Origin: Dictyostelium discoideum
Taxonomy: Eukaryota
NCBI GenBank assembly: GCA_000004695.1
Contig: CM000152.2
Location: 384,001 to 448,000 of the forward strand
Length of the DNA stretch: 64,000 nt
Reading direction: 5' to 3'
A program made the position numbers and the translations under genes. Of this stretch, positions 9,144 through 24,889 are shown in pieces; the stretch's first letter is position 1, and each line of letters begins with the position of its first letter. Under the pieces are notes generated by a model. That model did no database searches. It was not told the origin of the DNA and saw nothing but the letters and a program-made list of their open reading frames with translations.

Positions 9144-11891
9144 ATGAAATTTAAAATAATAATAGTTTTAATATTATTTATAATATTTAATTATTATATT
9201 ATAAATATAAATGGATCATTTGATTTTAAATCAAAAAAGAATGTTGTTGGATATTATTCAAATAATTTAAAGAATAAAACATTAAAATATCATACATTAG
9301 GAGAATTTTGTCAACAAGGTAGTTATGATACAATTGTAATTGGGTCACTCTATTGGAATCAAAATATGACACAATTTTATTTTGAATGTCAAGATTATTA
9401 TTCATTAACTCAAGATAAAGAAAAAGAATTGGGTGTCGCAACAACACCAGTCCAACATTTAAAAGCATTTGATTTCTCAAAAAGAGGTGTTCAAAATGCA
9501 ATGAAAGAACAAATTTCTGACGAAGAAGAAGAAGAAGAAGTTGATATTCCAACAACAAAAACAAAAACAACAGCAACAAAAGCAAAAACAACAACAACAA
9601 CAACAACAATTAAAAAAATTGGTATTGAAAAGAATACATATCTTTCAAATAAATGTATTGATTTAAGAAATGATATAATTAAATGTCAAAATATTGGTGT
9701 TAAAATTTTAATTCAAGTTGGTAGTAAAGGTGGTATTGGTGAATTTGGGAATACATCAATTGCTACCAAAGAAATGGCTCAAAAATTGGCAGTTAAAATT
9801 TGGGATATGTTTTTATTTGGTGATGGTGGTAGAAAAGAGTATCAAGATAAATTAAAAGGTATAGATACAAAACCAAAGAATGATGGATCGTCAAGTGAAG
9901 AAATTGCATCATTTGGTAGTATTGAATCAATGGATGATCAAAGTGGTGATATTGAAGATATCGATCGTTTCAGTAGTGAAGTTAAAAAAGATGATTCCTC
10001 CTCAAACTCAACTGCATCACTTGGTGAATTGGATGATTATCAAGATGAACAATCTTATCAAGAGGAATATTCAAATGATGAAGATACAGATCCACCAATA
10101 CCAGATGATGAAGATTCTGAATATGTTGATCAAGAACAATATGAAGATGAAGAGGAGGACGATGATGAAGATGCAGTTGATGAAGATGGTAATCCAATTG
10201 TAAAGAAAAAGAAACAACCATCAACTTCAAAAGCACCAGAAAGAAAGAAGAAATTATTGGTTTTCCCACCACGTCCATTTGGTTATGGTGTATTTTTAGA
10301 TGGTGTTGATTTCTCACCAATGATTGGTAAAAGTGATAACTACTATCATTTGGCAATGGGTTTAGATAGATATAGAGTACCAAAGAAGGATTTATTCACC
10401 ATTTCCTCAACTGTGGATTGTTCGCTACTTCATAGTAAAAAAGAAAGTATGACCTCTTCTCCAACTGCTTTATTACGATTTAATTTCGATATTCTCACTT
10501 TAGATTTCGTTCATAATAAACAATGTGATTATTGGTCAAAAGTTAGTGATCAATGGATTATCGATTGGGCAAACTATACAAAAGACTATAAATTCAATCA
10601 AACTAAACTACTCTTAATGGCATCTTCAAATCCAAAGGATTCTGCTTTCTTCTCTCCAAAATTCTTTTTAATGGAATATACAAAATATTGCATTGATTTA
10701 CCAAATATGGCAGGTGTTTTTATCTCTGATGTTTTATCAGCTTCAAAGATTTATAATTCAACCACTAGATTGGATTTCTCTCAAGAAATATCAAAAGATG
10801 TTAAATCATTTAATCCATTAATTTATCATCATCCAGAAGGTACTCGTCCAGCTTGGACCTATGGTGGTGGTTCTAAACCTCCAACTTCACCTGCAACTAA
10901 ACCAATTCAAACTAAACCGCCAATTACCAAAGGTCCAATTATAACAATGTCTCCTAACAAAACTAAAACTTCAACAACTACCAAACCAGTACCAACAAAA
11001 ATTCCAATTATTGATAATAGTAATTCAACTTCAACAACTGTTAAAAAAGCAAATTCTTCACATTCAACTCCAACACCCACTATTAAATTAAGACCAACTC
11101 ATGCACCATTAAAAACACAATCACCTGAACCAAAAACTGAATCACCAACTCCCACTAGTACTCCAACACCTTCCTCAACAGTTGCAAAAACTACTCATGC
11201 ACCATTAAAAACTCAATCCCCAACACCAAAATTAATACCTATTACTAAAAAACCAATAACACCAACCAAAGCTCCAATAACTAAAGCTCCAATCCCAGTA
11301 ACTGAATCACCAACACCAGAGACTGAATCACCAATTAAATTGAGACCAACTCATAGACCACTAAAAACACAATCTCCAGAGACCGAATCAACAAAACCAA
11401 CTAAACCACCAACAACAACAACACCAAAACCAACTAAACCACCAACATCACCATCACCATCACCAAAACCAACCAAACCACCAACAACATCAGCACCACC
11501 TAAAAAAGAAACAACATCACCAATAAACTTAAGACCAACTCATAAACCACTAACACAACCACCAGTTGATGAATCTAAGACTAAAGTTTTGGACATTTCT
11601 GATGAAACAGAAACTAGAGTAATAACCATTCCAGATGATTCTGAAACACCGGCTAAATTAGAAATTCCAGACAATACAAAACCAGAAACACCGATTGAAT
11701 CCTCTGTTCCAATCAAATCTGTTGCTGCAGTTGATAAAACACCTGTTAAATCCGCTGCTCCAATCGAATCAGCTTCTCCAGTTGATGAAATACCTGTTGA
11801 ATCCGCTGCTCCAGTTGAAGAAACTAGAAGTAGAAGACATAAACCAATAAGTGCAACCGAATTTGATAAAAATTTCATCACAAATCAATAA
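9144..11891 (+). CDS. Secreted GH18 (class III chitinase/hevamine-like) domain protein with degenerate catalytic motif, an acidic insert, and a C-terminal Pro/Thr/Ser-rich mucin-like repeat tail
   Basis: N-terminal signal peptide MKFKIIIVLILFIIFNYYIININGS. GH18 class III blocks: VVGYYSN...TLGEFCQQGSYDTIVIGSLYW, KCQNIGVKILIQVGSKGGIGEFG, RPFGYGVFLDGVDFSPMIG and DYWSKVSDQWIIDWANY...LLLMASSNP. The canonical DGxDxDxE is replaced by DGVDFSPM (the Asp and the Glu are lost), so the protein is probably inactive, like narbonin/concanavalin B. The tail carries ~21-aa repeats (IKLRPTHAPLKTQSPEPKTESPTP / LRPTHRPLKTQSPETEST / NLRPTHKPL). Confidence 0.8.
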   Translation: MKFKIIIVLILFIIFNYYIININGSFDFKSKKNVVGYYSNNLKNKTLKYHTLGEFCQQGSYDTIVIGSLYWNQNMTQFYFECQDYYSLTQDKEKELGVATTPVQHLKAFDFSKRGVQNAMKEQISDEEEEEEVDIPTTKTKTTATKAKTTTTTTTIKKIGIEKNTYLSNKCIDLRNDIIKCQNIGVKILIQVGSKGGIGEFGNTSIATKEMAQKLAVKIWDMFLFGDGGRKEYQDKLKGIDTKPKNDGSSSEEIASFGSIESMDDQSGDIEDIDRFSSEVKKDDSSSNSTASLGELDDYQDEQSYQEEYSNDEDTDPPIPDDEDSEYVDQEQYEDEEEDDDEDAVDEDGNPIVKKKKQPSTSKAPERKKKLLVFPPRPFGYGVFLDGVDFSPMIGKSDNYYHLAMGLDRYRVPKKDLFTISSTVDCSLLHSKKESMTSSPTALLRFNFDILTLDFVHNKQCDYWSKVSDQWIIDWANYTKDYKFNQTKLLLMASSNPKDSAFFSPKFFLMEYTKYCIDLPNMAGVFISDVLSASKIYNSTTRLDFSQEISKDVKSFNPLIYHHPEGTRPAWTYGGGSKPPTSPATKPIQTKPPITKGPIITMSPNKTKTSTTTKPVPTKIPIIDNSNSTSTTVKKANSSHSTPTPTIKLRPTHAPLKTQSPEPKTESPTPTSTPTPSSTVAKTTHAPLKTQSPTPKLIPITKKPITPTKAPITKAPIPVTESPTPETESPIKLRPTHRPLKTQSPETESTKPTKPPTTTTPKPTKPPTSPSPSPKPTKPPTTSAPPKKETTSPINLRPTHKPLTQPPVDESKTKVLDISDETETRVITIPDDSETPAKLEIPDNTKPETPIESSVPIKSVAAVDKTPVKSAAPIESASPVDEIPVESAAPVEETRSRRHKPISATEFDKNFITNQ

Positions 11892-11987
11892 TACTCAATT
11901 GAAAAAAAAAAAATACATTTAGAATAAAAAAAAAAATATAAAAAGTAACATTATATCATTATTTTATTATTTTATTGTTTAAATTAA

Positions 11988-13691
<1,704 letters not shown>

Positions 13692-14104
13692 AATATTTTT
13701 TATTTACATATTAAATAAAATAAAAAATATTAAAAAAAAAAAAAAATTAAAAAAAAAAAAAAATTTTTTAAAAAAAAAATTAAAAAAAAAAAAAATTACA
13801 ATCATCAAATTTAATAAAATAATTCTTATTTTTTTAGGTGAACTTAAAATTTTGAAAATCTAAAAATCTTAAAAAAAAAAATCATCACTTTCAAAAAAAA
13901 TCATTTTTTAAAAAAAAAAAAACAATTAATTGTGAAAATAAACCAGATTTAAAAATTTAGAATTTTAAAAATAAAAAAAAATAAAAGAATATAAAAAAAA
14001 AAAAAAATTTAAAATTTTTTTTGTAAAAATATTTAAAATTTCTTATATTAATTTTTTAAATTTAAAAACAATCATAAAAATTTTATATATATATTTAAAT
14101 AAGG

Positions 14105-16297
14105 ATGCATGACACATCATTTACTGTTCATATAAAAGATGAAATTCCAACTTACATCTTTTTTATTGATACTTCAGGGTCAGTTGGAAAAATTGATTTT
14201 GAAATAGTAGTATTATGTTTAAAAAAAATAATTACTGAATTACCAGATAAAGTTAAAATTGAAATTATTGCCTTATCTTCAGATGCTATAATCGTTTTTA
14301 AAAAGCGGCAAAAATAAAATATTTGAAGATATTGAAAACAGTAAGTTCAAAATATCTTGGAATTAATATAAACTATATCAATAAATTTAAAATTAATTTT
14401 TTAACCATTATTTTTTAGATTTACTTTTTGATAGTGGTGCTACTAATTTGGTTGAAGCTTTAAAACTTGGAGAGGTAACCATTACTAATTTTTGTATGAA
14501 TCAAAAAAATTATTTTGTTCTCTTGACTGATGGTGTACCAACTGATGATCCTGAACCAATTATTCAAAAATTAATTTTAAAGGTAATATCAATTATTTAT
14601 ATTAATAAAAAATAATTTTATATATCCAAATTTTTTTTTTTTTTTTTTTTTTTTTTATTTGGGAGTTGATTTTATTGTATTAGCAATTGGAATGGATTCA
14701 GATAAAAAAAAAATTCAAAAATTGTTCCCAGGCCAACATCTATTCATGTTTGATACATTTTCTGGTCTTAGTAAATGTGTGCACACTTTGATTCCATCTC
14801 ATATTTCTATACCATTGACTACCGAAATTTATCCAAAATTTGAAAAAATTCAAAAGTCAAATGAAGCTTTTTATATAATCATTAAATTATCGTCTATCTA
14901 TCCAAAAGATAAATTTCTTGAAAATGAAATAACTTTTATTATCAAGGATAATAAATACCATAGTGGCTATGAAATAAAAGTTGGTCAAGCCACAAGTGAA
15001 GATTGTCCAAGTGAAACAACTGCAAAACTAATTTTTAAATGTCCACAAGAAATGTTACCAACCCATATTGATTTTGAAATCAAAGTAAGGGGATCCACAT
15101 TCCATGGTTATTTCGATTTAAAATACTCTTGGTTCACTGGTGATTTTATTACTAGAAGTCCAATTAATATTTGGGTTGATGGTATGGTTGGTCATGGAAA
15201 ATCAATTTATTATTTAATATTTTTTCATTAAATATTGATTTTGAAGAATTTTTACTTGTAGGAAACAATGCTTTTCATGTCACCACGGAACTTAGATTCC
15301 AAAGTGTTGCTCATATTTTAGCAACCAAAATCGTTAACCAACATGGTCTCTCTCCAAGACTTGTTGACTTTTACAAGAATGTTATCAACTCATTAAAAAT
15401 TGTGTTTGTCGATAAGCCGGGTATGGCAAAGAACCAAGGTAACCTTAGCTATACTCATGCAACAAAGGGCCAATACTCTAACAAACAACACCTAAAAGAT
15501 CTTATCACTGTTGGCGAAGCAAAGTCTTCTCTAGAATGTCATGCTATTCTTTTCGTGATTTCAATTACATTGGTTGATGATGATGTAGATTTTGAATTCA
15601 TAAAAGGTAAAATTCGAGAATCACTTCAAGCAAAAATCAAACCAATTGTTGTGGTCACTCACTGCGACGACTATTCACCAGAAGAAGCTGAAGCAATGAA
15701 AAAGAAACTTGAAGAAGAACTAAAGGTTGATAAAAAGAATTTCTTTTATTTAACTCCATATATTCAAGGTGAGAAACAACGTGATCCAACAAAAGATAGA
15801 ATTGTTTTTCAAATACTCAAATCTATTGTTGAAATTGCCAATAACACTCAAAATCAAAAAATATTAGAATCTTTGGCCAACGATATTAATAACAATAATA
15901 TAGATGAAATTTGTAACTCCTTTGTAAATACTTCTATTAGTTCAACTACCACTACCACTACCACTACTACTAATTCAAATACCTCAAGTGCTAATTCGAC
16001 TCCAAATGGAAATTCCTCTTCACCTTTATTATCCCCAAATGTTGTTGGTTCAGAATCTACTCTTTGGACAATTTGTGTAAAGAATGATTTAACAGATGCA
16101 AAAGTAAATGAAGCCAGATTTAGAGTTTATCCATCAATGACCTTAAAGATTTTGTTTCAAGAGTGTCACAAAAGTTTAAACTTTCTGTTGGTCTTTTTAG
16201 TTTTACAGATGAAAATGGTTATGATCTTTTATTCCCAGATGAATCCATTTTACTCAATGTTTTATCTGATAATATTACCCTTTCAATCTCTGATTAA
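14105..16297 (+). CDS. Multi-exon gene: vWA domain + AIG1/GIMAP-like GTPase domain + C-terminal PB1/ubiquitin-like domain; the gene model is uncertain and carries apparent frameshifts
   Basis: vWA part: the exon starting at 14105 has FFIDTSGSVG (a MIDAS DxSxS motif). The exon 14419..14582 has LLFDSGATNLVEALK...VLLTDGVPTDD and ends at a GTAATA donor. The track ORF 14659..15231 reads GVDFIVLAIGMDSDKKK... and ends with a GTPase P-loop, VDGMVGHGKS. GTPase part: 15262 onward has VFVDKPGMA (G3 DxxG), HAILFVISI, and VVVTHCDDY (G4), as in AIG1/GIMAP. C-terminal part: the last exon (~16125..16297, frame-shifted relative to the upstream part, entered via the acceptor ATTTAG) encodes INDLKDFVSRVSQKFKLSVGLFSFTDENGYDLLFPDESILLNVLSDNITLSISD*, which is PB1-like. 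Problems: there is a T5-run frame change inside exon 1 (AIIVFKK / SGKNKIFEDIEN). There is a T6-run frame change between the P-loop and the rest of the GTPase domain. The acceptor of the third exon is non-canonical. Confidence 0.5.
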
Positions 16298-16483
16298 AAT
16301 AAATTATAAATATAATAAAATAATTTTTTATGTATATATAATAATAATAACAATAATAATAATAATAATAATAAAAATAATAAAAATAAAAGCAATTAAC
16401 ATTAATTGACGCAATAAAATTTTAACTAATATTTATTAATTAAATTGAAATGTTTTTTTTTTTTTTTTTTTTTAATATTTAAC

Positions 16484-18497
16484 TTATTTAGTTGGTTGGA
16501 TATTTTTAACCATAGTAGCTAAATATTTGAAACGAGCAACACAATCTTTTTTAGATTTAGTACCGAGACGAGCTGCGATTTGATCCCAACGATCTTCAGC
16601 ATTTTTATCGACTTTTTGTAAAGCTTCTTCCAAGAGTTTTTGTTCTTCTGGTGTCCATTCAACAGAGGCAGTGGTAGTGGTAGTTTCTTTTTTAGCGGCT
16701 GGTTTGGCGGTGTCGACAGTTGATGGAGCGGTGGCGGTAGTGGTTGATTCAGTGCCATTTGAAGTGGTACCTACTGGATATTGACCGAGGTCAACTTTTG
16801 AACTGAGTTCAGATTTAATTTCCATATGACCAACTTTGGCTTTTAATTTATCATAATCGGAACCTGATGGAGCAGCTTCTGGTTTTGAGAAAGATTGTTG
16901 TTGAGTTGGTTGTGAGGTTTTAGCTTTGGCGATAACGTCTTTCAAAGAACGAGTTGGAATACAAGATGCAACGGATTCCCAACGTTTGGTAACACCTGGT
17001 GGGAACTTTTGGATGGCTTTAGCCAAGAGATGGAGTTCATCTTCAGTCCATGGTCTCTCTGGTTTAGCTTCTTTCTTATTGTTGAGTAATGCTTTTCTTT
17101 GCTCTTGATAGAGTCTGTCGGCCTCTCTTTGTTTCTCTTGAATTTCGTTCAATTGGACGAGGAAAACTGCTTTCTTATCGGTGACATTATTTTTGGTTTC
17201 CATTTCTTTGGTGAGCTCGCCTAATTGGAGGTTGTCCAAGGTGGCGATGACCAATTCAACATCTTCAATCTTTTGTGGTGGTTGGAATGATTTACAAATG
17301 TCACGGAATTGGATCTTACCCTTCTTTAATAATGCGGTTTGTTCAGCTTTGACACGTTTCTTTTCTTCGGCTTCGTCTTTCTTTCTCTTTTCTTCGGCTT
17401 CGACTCTTTCTTTTTCAGCTTTTTCAGCGGCTTCTTTTTCTTCTTGTGCCTTTCTCTTGGCTTCGTTTTTGGCATTCTTGTGTGCATTCTTTTTGTCGTC
17501 TTCTTCTTTTAATTTCTTTTGAATACGTGGATCTTTTTTGTAGGCGAGATTGGCGAGATCTTGAATACGTGCAGCTTCGATCTTTCTTTGTTTGACACGT
17601 TTCTTTTCATTCTCTCTCTCCATCCAACGTTTCTCTTCACGAGAGTCTGCATTATCTAAATCATGATCATCTTCAAATGTGAAATCTCTCCATGACTTGA
17701 ATGACCACCAAAAGTTATAGAATTTAACAACCTTATCATATGGAGTATCCATATCACCAAGTTTTGGTACTGGTTGAACGTTTGACCAACGAGAGTTACT
17801 ATCAAATACTGGTTCATAGATTTCGAAAAAGTCACCTTCTTCATCGGCTGTTGGAATATCATCATCAAATGGATCGGTTGAATCGTATGCTCTTCTCTTT
17901 TTAATATCACTTAAAATATTATTTGATTTAACTAATGCTTTAAATGCTTCATCATTACCACCTAAATCTTGATTTTTATCTGGATGAACAACTAAAATCA
18001 TTTTTTTATCTATTATTTAATAAATATTAATAAAAAAAAAAAAAAAATAAAAAAAAAAATCATATATTAATAAATTATTTTATTTTTTATTTTTTTATTT
18101 TTATTTTTAAAAACTTACATGCTAATTTAATATCATTATCGGTAGCTCTCCAACGTAAATGATCTAAACCCATGATTTTGTAATGATTAACATCTTTACC
18201 AGTTTTAGTCCACTCTTTATGATTATTTTTATAGTTTTCTTTTAATTCGTCAATGTTGTCATCATCATTTGAATCTTGAGATTTCTTGTCATCTGAAGTG
18301 GCACTAACCAAGCCAATGATTTCGACATCACCCTTTTTGACTTTACTCCAAACTAATTCAAACTCTTCACCAATTGGTTCGACTGAACGATTACATTCAC
18401 TCCAACCTAAAGATCCGTTGGTGTAATGAATTTCTCTTGAATTTTCATTTGACCATTCTTCTGCTGTTGGTGATGATAAAGATACAACAAGTGACAT
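16484..18497 (-). CDS. dnajc2: DnaJ homolog subfamily C member 2 (zuotin/MPP11-like): J domain + zuotin homology domain + two SANT domains, 2 exons: 18119..18497 and 16484..18009
   Basis: Exon 1 ends NHYKIMGLDHLRWRATDNDIKLA followed by a GTAAGT donor at 18118-18113, in phase 1. A 109-nt AT-rich intron ends at the TAG acceptor at 18012-18010. Exon 2 continues Y-KKMILVVHPDKNQ, completing the J-domain HPD motif. The Lys/Glu-rich charged region (zuotin homology) follows, then two SANT/Myb repeats (WTEDELHLLAKAIQKFPPGVTKRWESVASCI and WTPEEQKLLEEALQKVDKNAEDRWDQIAARLGTKSKKDCVARFKYL). Confidence 0.9.
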
Positions 18498-18795
18498 TAT
18501 TAAATATTATTTGTTTGTTTTAATGTGTCTTTATGTTTTAGAGAAAAAAAAAAAAAAAGAATAAAAAAAAAAAATATTTAAATATTTTTTTTTTAAAATT
18601 TTTTTTTTTTTTTTTTTAACCCGCACGCTCGCTCAGTTTCGACTTTTTGGAAAATTATTTTTAAAAAAAATTAAATAAAACTACAAAAAACCGAAAAAAA
18701 CGTTTTTTTAATTTTAGTTTTTTTTTTTTTTTTTTTTAGTTTTTTTTTTCAAATCTTAATTTCGGCTGATTAACTAAACATGGTAAATTAGTTTG

Positions 18796-18846
<51 letters not shown>

Positions 18847-20063
18847 CTTTCCTTTTTCCAAAATTACTTAAAATTAAAAAAATAAAAATAAAAAAAAAAA
18901 ATATAAAATTGTTTAAAATTTAAGGAAATAAATTAAAAATAAAAAACAAATAAAAAAATAAAAATAAAAATAAAAAAATAAATGTTATATCTTAAAAAAA
19001 AGTTTATCATTTAATATTTCCTTTTCTTTTTTTTTTTATTTTATTTTTTATAAATAATATTAATTTAACTTTAATATCTCTAAAAACAAAAAAACCATTT
19101 TATATATTTATGATCATCACAACAATTATATTTATTAAATCAAGTTTAAATTAATATTAATAAAAAAAAAATTTATTAAAATTAAAATAAATTATTTAAT
19201 ATTTTTTTTTTACAATCAAAAATAAAAAAAATAAAATATTTTATTTATTTAATTTTGACTGGATTTAAATTTTTATTGTTTTTTAAATATCTTTTTTTTT
19301 TTATTTTATTTTTTATTTTATTTTTTTTTTTAATTTATTTTTTTTATTACTTTTTTTATTATATTTCTTTTTTTAATTTTGGAAATAATAAAATGGAGAC
19401 TTTATTTTAAATGCATTTGAATTTCAAATAACAATGATATCTTGATGATAGTTTATTAAATAGGAATCATTTTGCTAATTCGATAACAAAGAAAAAGGAA
19501 ATTTAGTGGTTGTGATTTTCCAAAAATAGAAAATCCAAATTTTTTTTTTTATTTATTAATTTTTTTTTATTTTTTTTATTTTTTTTTTTTCATTTATTAA
19601 TTTTTTTTTTTTTATTTTTTTTTATTTTTTTAATGTTTTCATTGAAAAAAAAGTGTAAACTCCACGGTGAAAATATCGAAAAATTAAAACCCAAATAAAA
19701 ATCCCCAACATAGTTTCAAAAATATCCAAATTCAAATAAAATGCAATGCAAAAAAAAAAAAAAAAAAAAAAAAAGAAAAGAAAAAAAAAAAAAAATTATA
19801 AAAATAAAAAAAAAAAATTAAAAAAAAAAAAATAAATCAAAAAAAAAAATTAAAAAAAAAAAAAAAAAAAAAAAATTTTCAAAAAAAAAATTTAAAAAAA
19901 AAAAAAAAAAAAAACTTTGTTTATCACCAGATAAAAATATATCACATTGGCGTAATTCGCATACCAAAAAAAGATTTTTTTTTTTTTTTTTTAAATTTTT
20001 TATTATTTATAATTTTTATAATATAGATATATTATATTTCACAATGTGGGTATTTTTTATTTT

Positions 20064-20097
<34 letters not shown>

Positions 20098-20330
20098 TAA
20101 ATAATAAAAATATTGTTATTATTATTATTATTTATTATTTTTATTTTTACCTTTTTTATTGTTTCTATTTTTATTTTTTTTTTTTATTTTTTATTTTTTT
20201 ATTTTTTAATTTTTTTGTTTTTTTTTATTTATTTGTTATGGATCCTCATTATACTCAGATATAATAATATAAAATACATAACTTTACCGTTTGACAATAA
20301 TCGCCATCGATTTCATATCTATTTTTAAAA

Positions 20331-20368
<38 letters not shown>

Positions 20369-20691
20369 TTAAGGAAAAAAAAAATAAAAAAAATAAAAAA
20401 AATAAAATAAAAAAAAAAAATAGAAAAAGGTATTAGGAGGTAATAATAATGATAATGATAATAATGATGATGATGATGATAATGATAATAACAATAACAA
20501 TAAAATAATATAAAAATGATAATATCACAACCCCATTCTATCATTATCTCACACAAAAATAATAAAATAAAAATATATATAAAAAAAAAAAAAAAAAAAA
20601 AAACCAAAATGTACGGACGCAATCAACATATTAATAAAAATAGAAAAAAAAAAAAAATGCCATATTAAAATTGTTATACATACAACAACCC

Positions 20692-20753
<62 letters not shown>

Positions 20754-20950
20754 CATTTTTTTTTTTTTTTTTTTTTTTTTTTTATCATTTTTTTTTTTTC
20801 TTTTTATAATTACATATTATAATATTTATTTTTATCAATATCATACTATTACAGACTATTTTTGTTTATATATATATTTTTATTTTAATTTTAATTTTAT
20901 ACAACCAAAAAGATCCATTCTCTATTAAATTAATTAAAAATAGTTAATTA

Positions 20951-20961
20951 ACACACACACA

Positions 20962-20998
<37 letters not shown>
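20951..20998. repeat. (CA)n dinucleotide microsatellite
   Basis: acacacacacacacatacacacacacacacacacacacacacatacac in the AT-rich intergenic region. Confidence 0.9.
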
Positions 20999-21000
<2 letters not shown>

Positions 21001-21755
21001 TCGCTCATTAACAAACCTACACACAAATATTTATTTTTTTTATTTTATTTTTTTTTAAAAATTTTATTTTTGTATAATAAATTTTTTTTAACAAGGGTAC
21101 ATATTATTATTATTATTTTTTTGGAATTATAATAATCAAATTCTTTCTCTCTTTTTTCACCAATCTAAACAATTTTCCATTAATAATTTATATTGTATAA
21201 ATTTTTTTTATTTTTTATTTTTTTATTTTTTATTTTTTTTTTTAAAAAAAAATTAATCATAAAAAAATTAAATTATATAATTAAATAACCACTAAAACAA
21301 ACACAAAATTTAATAAAATAAAAAAAAAAACCAATTGTATCAATAGTAATAAAAATAAAAAAAAGTAATAATTAAATAAATAATTAAAAAAAAAAAAAAA
21401 AAAAAAAAAATCAAAAAAAAAAATATAATAATAACAAAAAAACACTTTTCAATTTTATATATATATTCATTTATATAAAAATAATTTTTTTTTTTTATTT
21501 TTTTTATTTTTTTTTTTTAAAATTATTTATTTAATTATTTACCTTTTCACAATTTATTATTAAAAATAAAAAATATAAAAAACAATTAATTAATAATTAA
21601 AATTTAAAAATTTAAAAATTAAAAATAAAATATTAAAAATAGAACATTTCAAAAACACCAGAGAAATCTATATTATTTTTCTCATTGTAATTTCTAAAAG
21701 ATCAATCAAATTAAAAATAAAGTAAAGAAAAAGAATAAGAAAATCAAACTCAAAA

Positions 21756-24648
<2,893 letters not shown>

Positions 24649-24830
24649 ATTGGAAAAAAAAAAAAAAAAAAAGATATAATAATAAAAAAAAAAAAAAAAA
24701 AAAAGGTATAATAAACAAGTATTAAAAATTTAAAATTAAAATAATAATAATAAAAAATAAATTAAAATAAAATAAATAATATTTAATATTTAAATATATA
24801 CTTTTATTTTTAAAATTGTGTAAATATTTA

Positions 24831-24889
<59 letters not shown>

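Noticed and set aside
9226-10383. Antisense or shifted ORFs 9226..9609, 9880..10203, 9982..10383 inside the GH18 gene
   Set aside because: They overlap a well-supported sense CDS and are low-complexity (poly-Leu/His/Met) artefacts of the GAA/GAT-rich acidic insert.
15182-15261. Clean GT-AG intron (donor GTATGG at 15182, acceptor TTGTAG at 15259-15261) as the sole structure at the vWA/GTPase junction
   Set aside because: It would splice out the GMVGHGKS P-loop, which lies ~60 aa upstream of the DKPG/THCDD motifs exactly where a G1 is expected. I kept it only as an alternative and flagged the T6-run frame change instead.
20046-20928. ORFs 20046..20264, 20113..20328, 20284..20622, 20671..20928
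   Set aside because: These are homopolymer and (AAT)n-driven poly-Phe/Asn/Leu translations in an AT-rich intergenic desert, with no domain or codon-usage signal.
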